Assembly: GCA_002415485.1 (NCBI GenBank)
Contig: DHYU01000060.1
Location: 8,181-72,180 of the forward strand
Direction of reading: 5' to 3'
Source of the DNA: Proteobacteria bacterium UBA5122
GTDB lineage: Bacteria > Pseudomonadota > Gammaproteobacteria > Tenderiales > Tenderiaceae
DNA length: 64,000 nucleotides
Under the pieces are notes generated by a model. That model did not search any database. It was given only the letters and a program-made list of their open reading frames with translations, and was not told the origin of the DNA. Made by a program: the position numbers and the translations under genes. This document shows, piece by piece, positions 35,850 through 45,390 of the stretch. Every line of letters starts with the position of its first letter. The first letter of the stretch is position 1.

Positions 35850-37091
35850 TCAACGACTCGTGTCGGCAGTAAAGAGCAGACGCTCGTAAAACTGGCCGCG
35901 CATACAGTGATTGGAGCTCATGGCCGATGCATAACCCCCGGCGTTGAGGAAGACCAGGTAGTCACCCTCTTCCATGGGCGGTAGCTCGACCTCTTCGGCC
36001 CAGATATCCAGCGCCTCGTTGATGTTGCCGGCGATGGTGACCTTGCCAGTGGCGCCGGGACGCAGGCGACAAGGGGTGGGTTCGCAGGGCAGGCGATAGA
36101 AGGCAGGCTCAAGGGCCAGGTTAAATCCGCCATTGACGCCGATAAAGTCCACCTGCTGTTTGCGTTCCACGGTGTTGACCTGCAGCACCAACACGCCGCT
36201 GTCCTTGACCAGAAAGTCTCCAGGCTCAACACAGACCTCAAGGTTGCGTGGCGCGAAGTGTTTTTTCAGGATGTCTGACCAGTGCTGCAGGTCCAGTGGG
36301 CTGTCGGTCAGCACATGGGGCAGGCCGAGGCCACCACCGATATTGACGCTGCGCACGGTCTCCAGCTGATCAACAAACCACGTGCAGTCGCCGACGATCT
36401 CGTCCCACAGCGGCAGCTGCGGCGCCAGATAACCGATGCCGACATGGAAGTGGATGCGTTCTATGGTCATGCCGTGCTGCTGTGCCTCGGCACAGGCCTC
36501 GGCGAAGTGTTCACGGTAGATGCCAAACTTGGTGGTCTTGCGGCCACTGTATTGCAGCAACTGGTTATTGCCGTAGCCGACCCCTTTGCCGGGGTTGACG
36601 CGCAGACCGATGCGACGCCCTGGGCAACGCTGCCCCAGGCGGCGGATCGTGCTGATGGAGTCACAATTGATCAGTACTGCCGGGAGACGCGCCAGGATGT
36701 CCAGATCCTCGTTCGAGACCGAGGTCGCGGTAAAGGAGATATCCTCCTCCCGAAAGCCACAGGCCAGGGCGTGCTGTACTTCGGCAGGTGAGCAGGCATC
36801 AATGCCACACAGGCCGCTGTTGCGCATCATGCTCAACAAGGGGGTAAAACGGTTCGCCTTCATCGCGTAAAAAACGCGGTGACGTAAACCGGTCGCGCTC
36901 AAGGCCCCTAGCAGCGTGTGCAGTTTCGCCAATACCCGGTCGCCGTTATAAAAAAACGATGGCGTGCCGTGCGCGGTGGCCAGCATCTGCAGGCTGTGCC
37001 CGGCCAGTGTGAGATCACCGTTGTCGGCATAGTGCAGGTCCGTCCGCTGCCACCAGAAGTCGGCTGTAGGATGGTTTAAGACGGTGTTCAA
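35850..37091 (-). CDS. PLP-dependent group IV decarboxylase (diaminopimelate/ornithine decarboxylase-like)
   Basis: It has 'GTPSFFY', the PLP-lysine region 'VFYAMKANRF', 'GGGLG', and a C-terminal 'CMRGQF'-type segment. I infer a TTG start at 37091 that overlaps the SET stop (TTGA). Confidence 0.8.
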   Translation of the reverse strand: MNTVLNHPTADFWWQRTDLHYADNGDLTLAGHSLQMLATAHGTPSFFYNGDRVLAKLHTLLGALSATGLRHRVFYAMKANRFTPLLSMMRNSGLCGIDACSPAEVQHALACGFREEDISFTATSVSNEDLDILARLPAVLINCDSISTIRRLGQRCPGRRIGLRVNPGKGVGYGNNQLLQYSGRKTTKFGIYREHFAEACAEAQQHGMTIERIHFHVGIGYLAPQLPLWDEIVGDCTWFVDQLETVRSVNIGGGLGLPHVLTDSPLDLQHWSDILKKHFAPRNLEVCVEPGDFLVKDSGVLVLQVNTVERKQQVDFIGVNGGFNLALEPAFYRLPCEPTPCRLRPGATGKVTIAGNINEALDIWAEEVELPPMEEGDYLVFLNAGGYASAMSSNHCMRGQFYERLLFTADTSR

Positions 37092-37567
37092 CGTTTTAGA
37101 CCCTTCAGGTATGCGAGGCCTTCCTCGTTCACCAGCTCCTTGCGGCCAGTGATCCAATGGCGGCAGCTGCCGGAGCCACACAGACAGGCAAACTGTTTGA
37201 ACAGAACATCCTCAGTGGCGGCATAGTCCATGCTCAATACCGCTTCGGGTTCAATGTTGTCCAGCGCCCACACTTCCAGTGTCTGCATGTCGACAAAGAC
37301 ATTGGGTGAGCACGAGTGGGCCAGATAGCCGACAAACTGCTCATCCAGCAAATGGATATTGGAGTTGATTTGCAGGGTGTGCTGGGTGCGGTAGGGTAGA
37401 ACCGTCCCCGAGAAACGGGCAATCAATTCACCACGTGGGTGCCCACGCCGAGAGTAAACGGCCTTGCCCTTGCCGTTTTCACGTTCTTCAACGATAAATT
37501 CTGAGGCGGGTGAGGGACTACAGTCTTCTTCCTCTTCTGCTTCGATTTCGAAACGCGATGCTGCCAT
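37088..37567 (-). CDS. SET-domain protein (putative lysine methyltransferase)
   Basis: 'AHSCSPN' matches NHSCxPN, 'SMDY' carries the catalytic Tyr, and 'CLCGSGSC' matches the post-SET CxCxxxxC. The N-terminus is acidic. Confidence 0.75.
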   Translation of the reverse strand: MAASRFEIEAEEEEDCSPSPASEFIVEERENGKGKAVYSRRGHPRGELIARFSGTVLPYRTQHTLQINSNIHLLDEQFVGYLAHSCSPNVFVDMQTLEVWALDNIEPEAVLSMDYAATEDVLFKQFACLCGSGSCRHWITGRKELVNEEGLAYLKGLKR

Positions 37568-37890
37568 GATTGTTCAGACTCCTTATGGGTGATTGTTTGA
37601 CAACAAAACTTCGTGCTATTTGCCAGATAATACGAAGAAGTGCAATTGGAAAATGATATGCAGATGCAATTTATAACATCCTGAGGGTTGTAGGGGTACT
37701 TTAGTGTCCGGGGGACAGGAATGGTGCCGTTGGGCAGATTCGATCAGGGGTGGGGGTGAGAGAAGTCCAAGGCCATGTTTTTAAATGGATTTTTTATATC
37801 CTGGCAAAACAAGGAAGATCGTCGGGCTGTCCATTCGTCAATAAACCCAGCTTTTGGATTGGTATTGGTGGGGATCTTCCACGTAGGCGT

Positions 37891-38472
37891 TTAGTGAAAT
37901 ACTAACTGCGCTGTATATTGAGAGGTGTCGGTCATCCACTGTTGTAACAAGTCTTCAGATTTGCCTTCAAAACACCCAGGTTGCCATTCCTCGCGCGCCA
38001 GGCGGCACGCGATCTTCCAGTCTTCCAACAGGGGCATGGTGGCGATTACGTCCGACGGTAGCCCTGGCAGCATGATGCGTGAGGGTTCGGCCTTAAATGG
38101 AAAGGGCTTGTCGCTTTGTAGAATGACGAGTGCTGGGCGTTGTTGTTGGGTCTTGAGCAGGCGGCAGGTGTAGACGGCGTCGGCGATGCCGAGTTGTTTG
38201 CCGAGGATGACGGTGTTGTTGGCGTCTACAGGTGGTTGCCAATCGGTGTTGGGTTGCTGTGTTAAATCCAGTGTTTGGCCTGCGGATGGCAGTGCCTGTG
38301 GCCCGTTGGCATAGAACAATAGATCCAGTTCGTGTGTGCGTGCCGCCATGATCGCGCCCTGGCCGAGCTCGCCACAAAAGCGGCTGCCGGGTGGAGGCGG
38401 GGTGTCGGTGAATGTGACGGTGAGTTGCCACTGACCTGCGCCGAGGTCAGTGGCGTGGATGACTTCCATCAT
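37891..38472 (-). CDS. hypothetical protein at the end of the pyr operon
   Basis: 193 aa from the ATG-ATG at 38472, which is 10 nt after the pyrC' stop. It has only a faint ferredoxin-reductase/PyrK-like flavour ('VILGKQLGIADAVYTC') and nothing I can name. Confidence 0.5.
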   Translation of the reverse strand: MMEVIHATDLGAGQWQLTVTFTDTPPPPGSRFCGELGQGAIMAARTHELDLLFYANGPQALPSAGQTLDLTQQPNTDWQPPVDANNTVILGKQLGIADAVYTCRLLKTQQQRPALVILQSDKPFPFKAEPSRIMLPGLPSDVIATMPLLEDWKIACRLAREEWQPGCFEGKSEDLLQQWMTDTSQYTAQLVFH

Positions 38473-38482
38473 CGCGTTACGA

Positions 38483-39766
38483 TCATTCGCCGTGGAGTTG
38501 GTAGACCAGCCGGCCACCGACCAGGGTGTGGGTGACGCGGCCCTTTAGTTCCCAGCCGAGGAAGGGCGTGTTGTGGCCGCGGCTTTGAATGGTGTCTTTG
38601 CTCAGCTCCCAATACTGCTCCGGGTCGACGATGGCGATGTCGGCGGCGCGGCCGATGCCGAGCGTGCCGGCCTCCAGGCCGAGGATCTGCGCCGGGGCGC
38701 AGGTGACCTTGGCGATGGCGCTGCTGAGGCTGAGGTTGGCCTCGTCGGCCAGACGCAGTGTCAGCGGCAACAGGGTTTCGAGGGCCGACATGCCGGTCTC
38801 GGTCTCGCTGAACGGCACCAGCTTGGCGTCGGCCTCGTGCGGTTGGTGATCGGAGCAGATGGCGCTGATCACGCCGCGTTGCAGGCTTTGGCGCAGGCCC
38901 TGCATGTCACGCTGACTGCGCAGCGGTGGCCGCAGATGGCATTGGCTGTTGAATTCGCCCACGTCCATGTCGGTGAGGAACAGTTGATGTGCGGCGACAT
39001 CTATCGTCACCGGCAGACCATCGAACTGGGCGCGGCCGACCATCTGCACGGCCTTGGCCGATGACAGGCGACAGAAGTGGGCGCGCACACCGGTGTCGGC
39101 GATCAGGGCCAGGTCGCGGGCGACGGCGACGGTCTCGGCGGCCTCGGGGATGCCGGGCAGGCCGAGGCGGGTGCTGATCGCGCCTTCATGCATGCAGCCA
39201 CCGGCGGCGAGGTTGTCATCCTCGGCGTGGAGGAAGACGGTCAGGCCAAAGGTGGCGGCGTATTCCATCATCCGTCGTTGAACCTGATGGTCCTTGAACG
39301 GCGCGTAGCCGTTGCTGACACCGACACAGCCTGCCGTTTGCAGCGCGGCCATCTCGCTCAGGAGGTTACCTGCCAGTTCCTGCGTCGCGGCGCCGATGCA
39401 GACCACGCGCGCCCGGCCGATGCGTTCGCTGCGCAGGCGGATCAGCTTGACCACGGCCGGGGTATCGATCACCGGATCGGTATCCGGCGGGCAGGCCAGC
39501 GTGGTGATGCCCGCGCTGACGGCAGCCTGGATCTCGGAGGCGAGGGTCGCCTTGTATTCATAACCGGGTTCGCGCAGGCGGGCGGCGAGGTCGACCAGAC
39601 CGGGGATGATCAGCTGGCCGCTGGCGTCGATGGTCTGCTCGGCCGTGAAGTCGGCAGGCGCAGCGCCGAGGGCGACGATGTTGCCGTCGCGGATGTGCAG
39701 GGCATCGATGCGGTCGATGTCGTTGGCCGGATCGATGATGCGGCCATTGAGGATGGAAATATTCAT
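38483..39766 (-). CDS. pyrC': dihydroorotase-like protein, probable non-catalytic PyrC'
   Basis: It has the amidohydrolase fold, but the metal-binding 'DxHVHLREPG' reads 'DLAARLREPG', so both His residues are lost. Its start overlaps the pyrB stop (TAATG). Confidence 0.85.
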   Translation of the reverse strand: MNISILNGRIIDPANDIDRIDALHIRDGNIVALGAAPADFTAEQTIDASGQLIIPGLVDLAARLREPGYEYKATLASEIQAAVSAGITTLACPPDTDPVIDTPAVVKLIRLRSERIGRARVVCIGAATQELAGNLLSEMAALQTAGCVGVSNGYAPFKDHQVQRRMMEYAATFGLTVFLHAEDDNLAAGGCMHEGAISTRLGLPGIPEAAETVAVARDLALIADTGVRAHFCRLSSAKAVQMVGRAQFDGLPVTIDVAAHQLFLTDMDVGEFNSQCHLRPPLRSQRDMQGLRQSLQRGVISAICSDHQPHEADAKLVPFSETETGMSALETLLPLTLRLADEANLSLSSAIAKVTCAPAQILGLEAGTLGIGRAADIAIVDPEQYWELSKDTIQSRGHNTPFLGWELKGRVTHTLVGGRLVYQLHGE

Positions 39767-40746
39767 TAGGCCTCACCTCCGGTCGGTTGCGCGACGGTGC
39801 CCAGGCACATCGACATCACCGCCATGCGCACGGCGATGCCGTGGGTGACCTGTTGCAGGATCACCGACTGCGGCCCATCGGCGACGCTGGATTCAATCTC
39901 GACGCCGCGGTTGATCGGCCCCGGATGCATGACGATGGCGTCGGGTTTGGCCCAGGCCAGCTTCTCTTCGGTCAGGCCGTAGAGATTAAAGTATTCGTGT
40001 TCGCTCGGCAGCAGCGCGCCAGACATACGTTCGTTTTGCAGGCGCAGCATGATGACGACATCGACATCCTTCAGCCCGGCCTTCATGTCGTGATAGACGT
40101 GTACGCCGAGGGCCTCGACATCCTTTGGCAGCAGCGTCTTCGGTGCAATGACGCGCACCTCGTTGACGCCGAGCGTGGTCAGCGCGTGGATCTGCGAACG
40201 GGCGACGCGCGAGTGCAGGATGTCGCCGACGATGGCCACGTTCAGCGGATAAAAATCCCCCTTGCAGCGACGGATGGTGAACATGTCGAGCATGGCCTGT
40301 GTCGGGTGGGCGTGACGGCCGTCACCGGCATTGACGACGCTGACATGCGGCGCGACATGTTTGGCGATGAAGTGCGCGGCGCCGCTCTCTTCGTGACGCA
40401 CGATGAACATGTCGCAGTGCATGGCCTGCAGGTTGTGCAGCGTGTCGAGCAGGCTCTCGCCCTTTTTGGTCGCCGAGGACGCGATGTTCAGATTCAGCAC
40501 GTCGGCCGACAGGCGCTTGGCCGCCAGCTCGAAGGTGGTGCGGGTGCGGGTGCTGGCCTCGAAGAACAGATTGACGATGGTCTTGCCGCGCAGCAGCGGC
40601 ACCTTTTTCACCGACTGGTCGGTGACCGTGGCCAGCGACTCAGCGGTGTCGAGGATGTCGACCAGCATCTGGCGCTTAAAACCCTCAATGGTTAAAAAGT
40701 GGCGCAGGCGGCCTTGGGCGTCGAGTTGGATATTGGTTCGCCTCAT
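39766..40746 (-). CDS. pyrB: aspartate carbamoyltransferase catalytic subunit
   Basis: 'STRTRTTFE', 'HPTQ' and 'HPGP' motifs. Confidence 0.95.
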   Translation of the reverse strand: MRRTNIQLDAQGRLRHFLTIEGFKRQMLVDILDTAESLATVTDQSVKKVPLLRGKTIVNLFFEASTRTRTTFELAAKRLSADVLNLNIASSATKKGESLLDTLHNLQAMHCDMFIVRHEESGAAHFIAKHVAPHVSVVNAGDGRHAHPTQAMLDMFTIRRCKGDFYPLNVAIVGDILHSRVARSQIHALTTLGVNEVRVIAPKTLLPKDVEALGVHVYHDMKAGLKDVDVVIMLRLQNERMSGALLPSEHEYFNLYGLTEEKLAWAKPDAIVMHPGPINRGVEIESSVADGPQSVILQQVTHGIAVRMAVMSMCLGTVAQPTGGEA

Positions 40747-40770
40747 CGCGTGTGGATCCTTTGGGCTGGT

Positions 40771-41283
40771 TTATTTTTTCTGTTTTTCCACAATGGCCAG
40801 GCTCAGCGGCTCCGGCCCTTTCAGTTTAATGGTCTCGTTGTCGTTGAGCGTGACCTCGGTGCCGACGACTTGCGCCTCGATCGGCAACTCGCGGCCACCA
40901 CGATCGACCAGCACCGCCAGCGTGATGCTGGCCGGGCGGCCGTAGTCGAAGATCTCATTCAACGCGGCGCGGATGGTGCGGCCGGTGTAGAGCACGTCGT
41001 CGACGAGGATGATGTGGCGGTCGTCGAGGTTGATCGGCAGATGCGAGGGTTTGACCTGCGGGTGCATGCCGATGCGGGTGAAGTCATCGCGGTAAAAAGA
41101 AATATCGAGGTGACCGAGTGCTTCTTCGATGCCCAGGCGCTGATGCAGTTGTTCGGCGATCCAGACACCGCCGCTATGGATGCCGATCATGGCCGGGTTG
41201 GTGATGCCGTTGTCGCGCATATGCGCGCGCAGTTGCTGTTCCATCGTCTCCAGCAGCGGGTTGATGGCGATTTCTTGAGTCAT
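40771..41283 (-). CDS. pyrR: bifunctional pyr operon regulator / uracil phosphoribosyltransferase
   Basis: 170 aa with the PRPP-binding loop 'IILVDDVLYTGRT'. Confidence 0.9.
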   Translation of the reverse strand: MTQEIAINPLLETMEQQLRAHMRDNGITNPAMIGIHSGGVWIAEQLHQRLGIEEALGHLDISFYRDDFTRIGMHPQVKPSHLPINLDDRHIILVDDVLYTGRTIRAALNEIFDYGRPASITLAVLVDRGGRELPIEAQVVGTEVTLNDNETIKLKGPEPLSLAIVEKQKK

Positions 41284-41378
41284 GCGGATATCCTTGCCCG
41301 TCGACTGGGGGCGCTCACGAAAAGTGGCGGTATTGTAGCGTTTTTTGTGTCGCCGGTCAGGGGCAAACGCGAGGGTGA

Positions 41379-41801
41379 TTAACGATGGAGCCAGGTTTGC
41401 AGGATGACGCAGGCGGCGACTTGATCGATGGCGGCCTTGGCGCGGCCTTTTTTCAAACGGCCGCTGCGGCGTTGTTCGCCGATCATCTCCTCGGCGGCGA
41501 GGGAGGAGAGTCGTTCGTCGATCAACTCCACCGGCAGCCCGCTGCGGTTGCCCAGCTCGGTGGCAAAGGCGCGGGCGGCGGCGGACATCTCGTGTTCCGT
41601 GCCGTCCATGTTCATCGGCAGGCCGACGATCAACAGTGCCGGTCGCCAGTCGCGGATCAGTCGCTCGATGCGTGGCCAGTCGGGGCCTTGTGCGGTGATG
41701 GCGACGGTGTCGAGCGGGTTGGTGCTGCCCATCAATTCTTCGCCGCTGGCGACGCCGATGCGTTTGCGGCCGTAGTCAAAGCCGAGCAGGGTGCGGGACA
41801 T
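41379..41801 (-). CDS. ruvX: Holliday-junction resolvase-like nuclease RuvX/YqgF
   Basis: 'LLGFDYGRKRIGVA' and 'DERLSS' motifs. Confidence 0.9.
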   Translation of the reverse strand: MSRTLLGFDYGRKRIGVASGEELMGSTNPLDTVAITAQGPDWPRIERLIRDWRPALLIVGLPMNMDGTEHEMSAAARAFATELGNRSGLPVELIDERLSSLAAEEMIGEQRRSGRLKKGRAKAAIDQVAACVILQTWLHR

Positions 41802-41812
41802 GCGGGGGTGTC

Positions 41813-42373
41813 TTAGGCGTGGCCGACGTGGTCGGACAGAAACTGTAGATCGATGCCAAGCAGGCTGGCGGCTGCCTGCCAGCGCTGATCATTGGCCAGG
41901 TCGAAGATGATGTTGCCGGTCGCCGGGCAGCTGAGCCAGGCGTTGTCGGCGATCTCCTGCTCCAGCTGGCCCGCCTCCCAACCGGCATAACCGATCGCGA
42001 TCAGGTGTTTGTGCGGACCGTTGTGGTGGGCGATGTCAGAGAGGATGTCGCTGGAGGTGGTGATTGCGACCTCGTCCGAGATCACCATCGTCGCCGTCCA
42101 GATGCGCTCCGGGCTGTGCAGCACAAAACCGCGCTCCTGCTGCACCGGGCCGCCGAAATAGATCGCACGCCCGTTGACGGCGGGGTCTTCGGACTTGATG
42201 TCGAGCTGGTCGAATACCTCGCCCAGTTCCACGTCCAGCGGTCGGTTGATCACCACCCCCATCGCCCCCTGTTCATCGTGCTGACAGATGTAGGTGACGG
42301 AATGATAAAAGTTCGGATCGTCGAGCTGCGGCATCGCGATCAGAAAGTGATTGGTTAGATTGATGTTGTCCAT
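41813..42373 (-). CDS. YqgE/AlgH family protein
   Basis: 'NHFLIAMPQLDDPNF' and 'GGPV' motifs, 186 aa. Confidence 0.9.
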   Translation of the reverse strand: MDNINLTNHFLIAMPQLDDPNFYHSVTYICQHDEQGAMGVVINRPLDVELGEVFDQLDIKSEDPAVNGRAIYFGGPVQQERGFVLHSPERIWTATMVISDEVAITTSSDILSDIAHHNGPHKHLIAIGYAGWEAGQLEQEIADNAWLSCPATGNIIFDLANDQRWQAAASLLGIDLQFLSDHVGHA

Positions 42374-42418
42374 GCGTCCAGTATCGGTTGGATTGGGGGT
42401 GGGGGCAAGGCGGATTGC

Positions 42419-43315
42419 TTATCCCCCCCCAAACTCATTGCCTGAAGTAAACCGCCACGTGCGGGTGATGCTCAACACATCTGTGTCCTCTCTCATCTCT
42501 GCTGGCAGGGGTGAGAAGGGCGCGGCGCGGCGGACGATGCCGATGGCGGCGTCGTCAAGCAGTTTGCGGCCGGAGCTGCGCAGCAGGATGATGTCGCGCA
42601 CACTGCCGTCGTGGTTGATGAGTACTTCCAGGATCAGGCTGCCGGAGAGATTACGGCGTTTGGCTTCTTCTGGGTAGTACATGTTGCCGATGCCTTCGAT
42701 CTTGCGCTGCCAGGTGTCATAGTAGGCGGCATCACGAAAGCTCTTGGTGCTGGCACTGATGCGGTGTACGCGTTCGCGTTTGGAATACAGTTCCATCGAC
42801 TGAGCAATCTCGGCCTCGAGGCGGGCGATCTCCTGACCGCTGGCGATCAGTTGCGCGCTGCTGGGGCGCTCTGCCGCTTCCGGTTGAGCTTCGGCCTGGC
42901 GCTGCAGTTTGAGATCGGCCTGGTAGCTGGTCAGGCGCTCATCCGGTTTAGGGGTCGGTCGCGAGTCTGTTGCGCTGTCCATCGACAGTGCCGCATCCTT
43001 GCCATCGACCGGCATCGGCAGCGCGTTGTCCTGATTGCTGGGGCGGGCCTTGTCCTGTGTGGTGCCGCTGCCGCTTTGATCATGCAGACCGAGATAGTCT
43101 GCTTCGTCTGGCACGTCGTTGTTTTCACGTTCGACCAGGATCACATCCAGCGTCGGTGCGGTGGTGCTGTTGGTCAGGTCTTCAAAGTCGAAGGTGATGC
43201 CGAGGATGACGATGGCGTTGAACATGATCGACAGAAACAGCGTGAACGTCAGCCGGTCGCGGGCGGTGACGCGCGGGCGTTCGTGGGTGGGCTGTGTGGT
43301 CGCGGTGGTGTTCAT
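42419..43315 (-). CDS. TonB-family energy transducer (stand-alone)
   Basis: It has an N-terminal TM anchor, a long low-complexity linker and a C-terminal TonB fold ('YPEEAKRRNLSGSLILEVLINHDGSV'). Confidence 0.7.
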   Translation of the reverse strand: MNTTATTQPTHERPRVTARDRLTFTLFLSIMFNAIVILGITFDFEDLTNSTTAPTLDVILVERENNDVPDEADYLGLHDQSGSGTTQDKARPSNQDNALPMPVDGKDAALSMDSATDSRPTPKPDERLTSYQADLKLQRQAEAQPEAAERPSSAQLIASGQEIARLEAEIAQSMELYSKRERVHRISASTKSFRDAAYYDTWQRKIEGIGNMYYPEEAKRRNLSGSLILEVLINHDGSVRDIILLRSSGRKLLDDAAIGIVRRAAPFSPLPAEMREDTDVLSITRTWRFTSGNEFGGG

Positions 43316-43845
43316 GGGTTCAGCTTTTCGGGAATCCTGTTCAAGACATGTTGCGCGATTATACCGCTGACCAGCCCAAAGACGACGGCCATCGTCATCA
43401 ATACCGGCAATAACTGAAACAGACCCGCGTGCGGGATGAACAGCGTATAGGCCAACCAGAACTGGGCAAACATGTGCGCCATCGCCGCCACGATACTCAG
43501 ACCAATCGGGCCGAGCGCCCAGACCGGCTGTGCATCACTGATGCGTTTGGCAACGTAGAGTATGGCGATGCTGGCGCAGGCACCGGCGAGGCTGAGGGCA
43601 AAGGCCGGTGATAAAAAGGTGCCGATCAATAACGAACCTACCAACACGCGCAGGATCGCGACCCAGGCGGCGGTGCGCCAACCAAACTGAATCAGACAGA
43701 TGATGGTGATCACATTGGCCAGACCGGGCTTAACGCCGGGGATGGGGCTGGGCAGCGCACTCTCGGCGATATGGATCGCAATCGCCAGCGCGGTGAGCCA
43801 GGCGATGAGGTGGTCTTGGCGTGTGGTTTGTAGGGTGAGCTTCAT
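43312..43845 (-). CDS. Gx-transporter family membrane protein (HepT component-I-like)
   Basis: It has five TM helices and the 'ALAIAIHIAESALPSPIPGVKPGLANVITI' pattern. Its stop overlaps the tonB-like start by 4 nt. I chose the ATG at 43845. Confidence 0.55.
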   Translation of the reverse strand: MKLTLQTTRQDHLIAWLTALAIAIHIAESALPSPIPGVKPGLANVITIICLIQFGWRTAAWVAILRVLVGSLLIGTFLSPAFALSLAGACASIAILYVAKRISDAQPVWALGPIGLSIVAAMAHMFAQFWLAYTLFIPHAGLFQLLPVLMTMAVVFGLVSGIIAQHVLNRIPEKLNP

Positions 43846-43946
43846 GCACAGACGGTCGGCCGGAATTAGCTCAAAGCATAGCACGCGGGGTGCGCGCCGG
43901 GGGTGGGCTTGTTATATTGCCTGCCATTGGTGAAGGGTGAACAGGT

Positions 43947-45275
43947 ATGTCGGAAAACAGTGCACAGGTATGGACGGCGCGACGCGGATATCCCGCCCGC
44001 AAACATTTCAATTCTCACAGTGCAGACAGCGATTTTCAGCGCGACCGCGCACGGGTGATCCACTCGGCGGCGTTTCGGCAGCTGCAATCCAAGACCCAGG
44101 TGCTCGGTATCGGCGAGAGTGATTTTTATCGCACGCGGCTGACCCATTCGCTGGAGGTGGCGCAGATCGGCTCCGGCATCTGTGAACGCCTGCGCGAGCG
44201 TTATCAGGTCGATGACGCAGTCTTTGCTTGGCTCCCATCGATGAGCCTGATCGAGGCCGTGTGTCTGAGTCACGACCTCGGTCACCCCCCCTTCGGCCAC
44301 GGCGGCGAAGTGGCGTTGAATTACATGATGCGCGATCACGGTGGCTTTGAAGGCAATGGCCAGACGCTGCGCATCATCAGTCGCCTCGGTGAATATTCAT
44401 TGGAACACGGCCTCGACCTGACGCGGCGCACCAAACTCGGCGTGCTCAAGTATCCGGGCCTGCATGGCGCGCTGGCCCACTATGCATCGACCAGCGAGGT
44501 GGATAACAGCAACCTCGATGCCTGGATACCGCCCAAGTGCATCCTCGATGCCGAGGCCGACGTGCTTGATTGGATTCTGGAACCATTCAGCGCTGCCGAC
44601 CGTCAGCGTTTTCAAACCTATGAGCAACGCAGCGGCAAACACAGCCGCACGCTGTATAAATCCTTTGATACCTCGATCATGGATATCGCCGACGACATCG
44701 CCTACGGCGTGCATGACCTGGAAGATGCGCTCGCCATGCGACTGGTGGACTTCAAACAGTGGCAGCAGGAGGTTGTGGTCGCGCTCGGTGATGCTGGGAT
44801 CGAACAGATCGGTGGCAAAGAGATTGGTTTCTATAGCGACAATCTATTCTCCGGTCAGCACAAGGCACGCAAACATGCGATCAGCAACCTGGTGAATTAT
44901 TTCATCGCCCACATAGAAGTCGTGCAGCGTGATGAGTTCGAACATCCTTTGTTGAAGCTGAAAGCGCAGATGCAGGCCCCCGCCGGTGAAGTGCTGGCCT
45001 TGTTGAAAGACTTTATCTTCCGCCGTGTCATCAAACGGCCCGAGGTGCAGGCCTTCGAATACAAGGGGCAGATGATGATTTTGAAACTGTTCGATGCACT
45101 AGCGGATAACCCCATGCGTCTGTTGCCGGAGGAGTGGCAGGAGATGTATCGCGAGGCGGATAACAAACAGCGTGTGTTGTGTGATTACATGGCGAGTATG
45201 ACGGATAGCCAGGCGACGAAGTTATATCATCGGTTTTTTACGCCGAGTATGGGGTCGGTGTTTGATAGGATTTGA
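43947..45275 (+). CDS. dGTPase-like deoxynucleoside triphosphate triphosphohydrolase (HD domain)
   Basis: 'FQRDRARVIHSAAFRQLQSKTQV', 'RLTHSLEV' and 'HDLGHPPFGH' motifs. Confidence 0.9.
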   Translation: MSENSAQVWTARRGYPARKHFNSHSADSDFQRDRARVIHSAAFRQLQSKTQVLGIGESDFYRTRLTHSLEVAQIGSGICERLRERYQVDDAVFAWLPSMSLIEAVCLSHDLGHPPFGHGGEVALNYMMRDHGGFEGNGQTLRIISRLGEYSLEHGLDLTRRTKLGVLKYPGLHGALAHYASTSEVDNSNLDAWIPPKCILDAEADVLDWILEPFSAADRQRFQTYEQRSGKHSRTLYKSFDTSIMDIADDIAYGVHDLEDALAMRLVDFKQWQQEVVVALGDAGIEQIGGKEIGFYSDNLFSGQHKARKHAISNLVNYFIAHIEVVQRDEFEHPLLKLKAQMQAPAGEVLALLKDFIFRRVIKRPEVQAFEYKGQMMILKLFDALADNPMRLLPEEWQEMYREADNKQRVLCDYMASMTDSQATKLYHRFFTPSMGSVFDRI

Positions 45276-45390
45276 TCGATTTTCAATGTAGGGTGGATTA
45301 GAAACGTTGTTTGGTTTGTAATCTATCGGAGACGATGTGTGCAATGATTTCTCATCTATATGATGAGGTTAGTTTGATTGGTGTTTGTAT

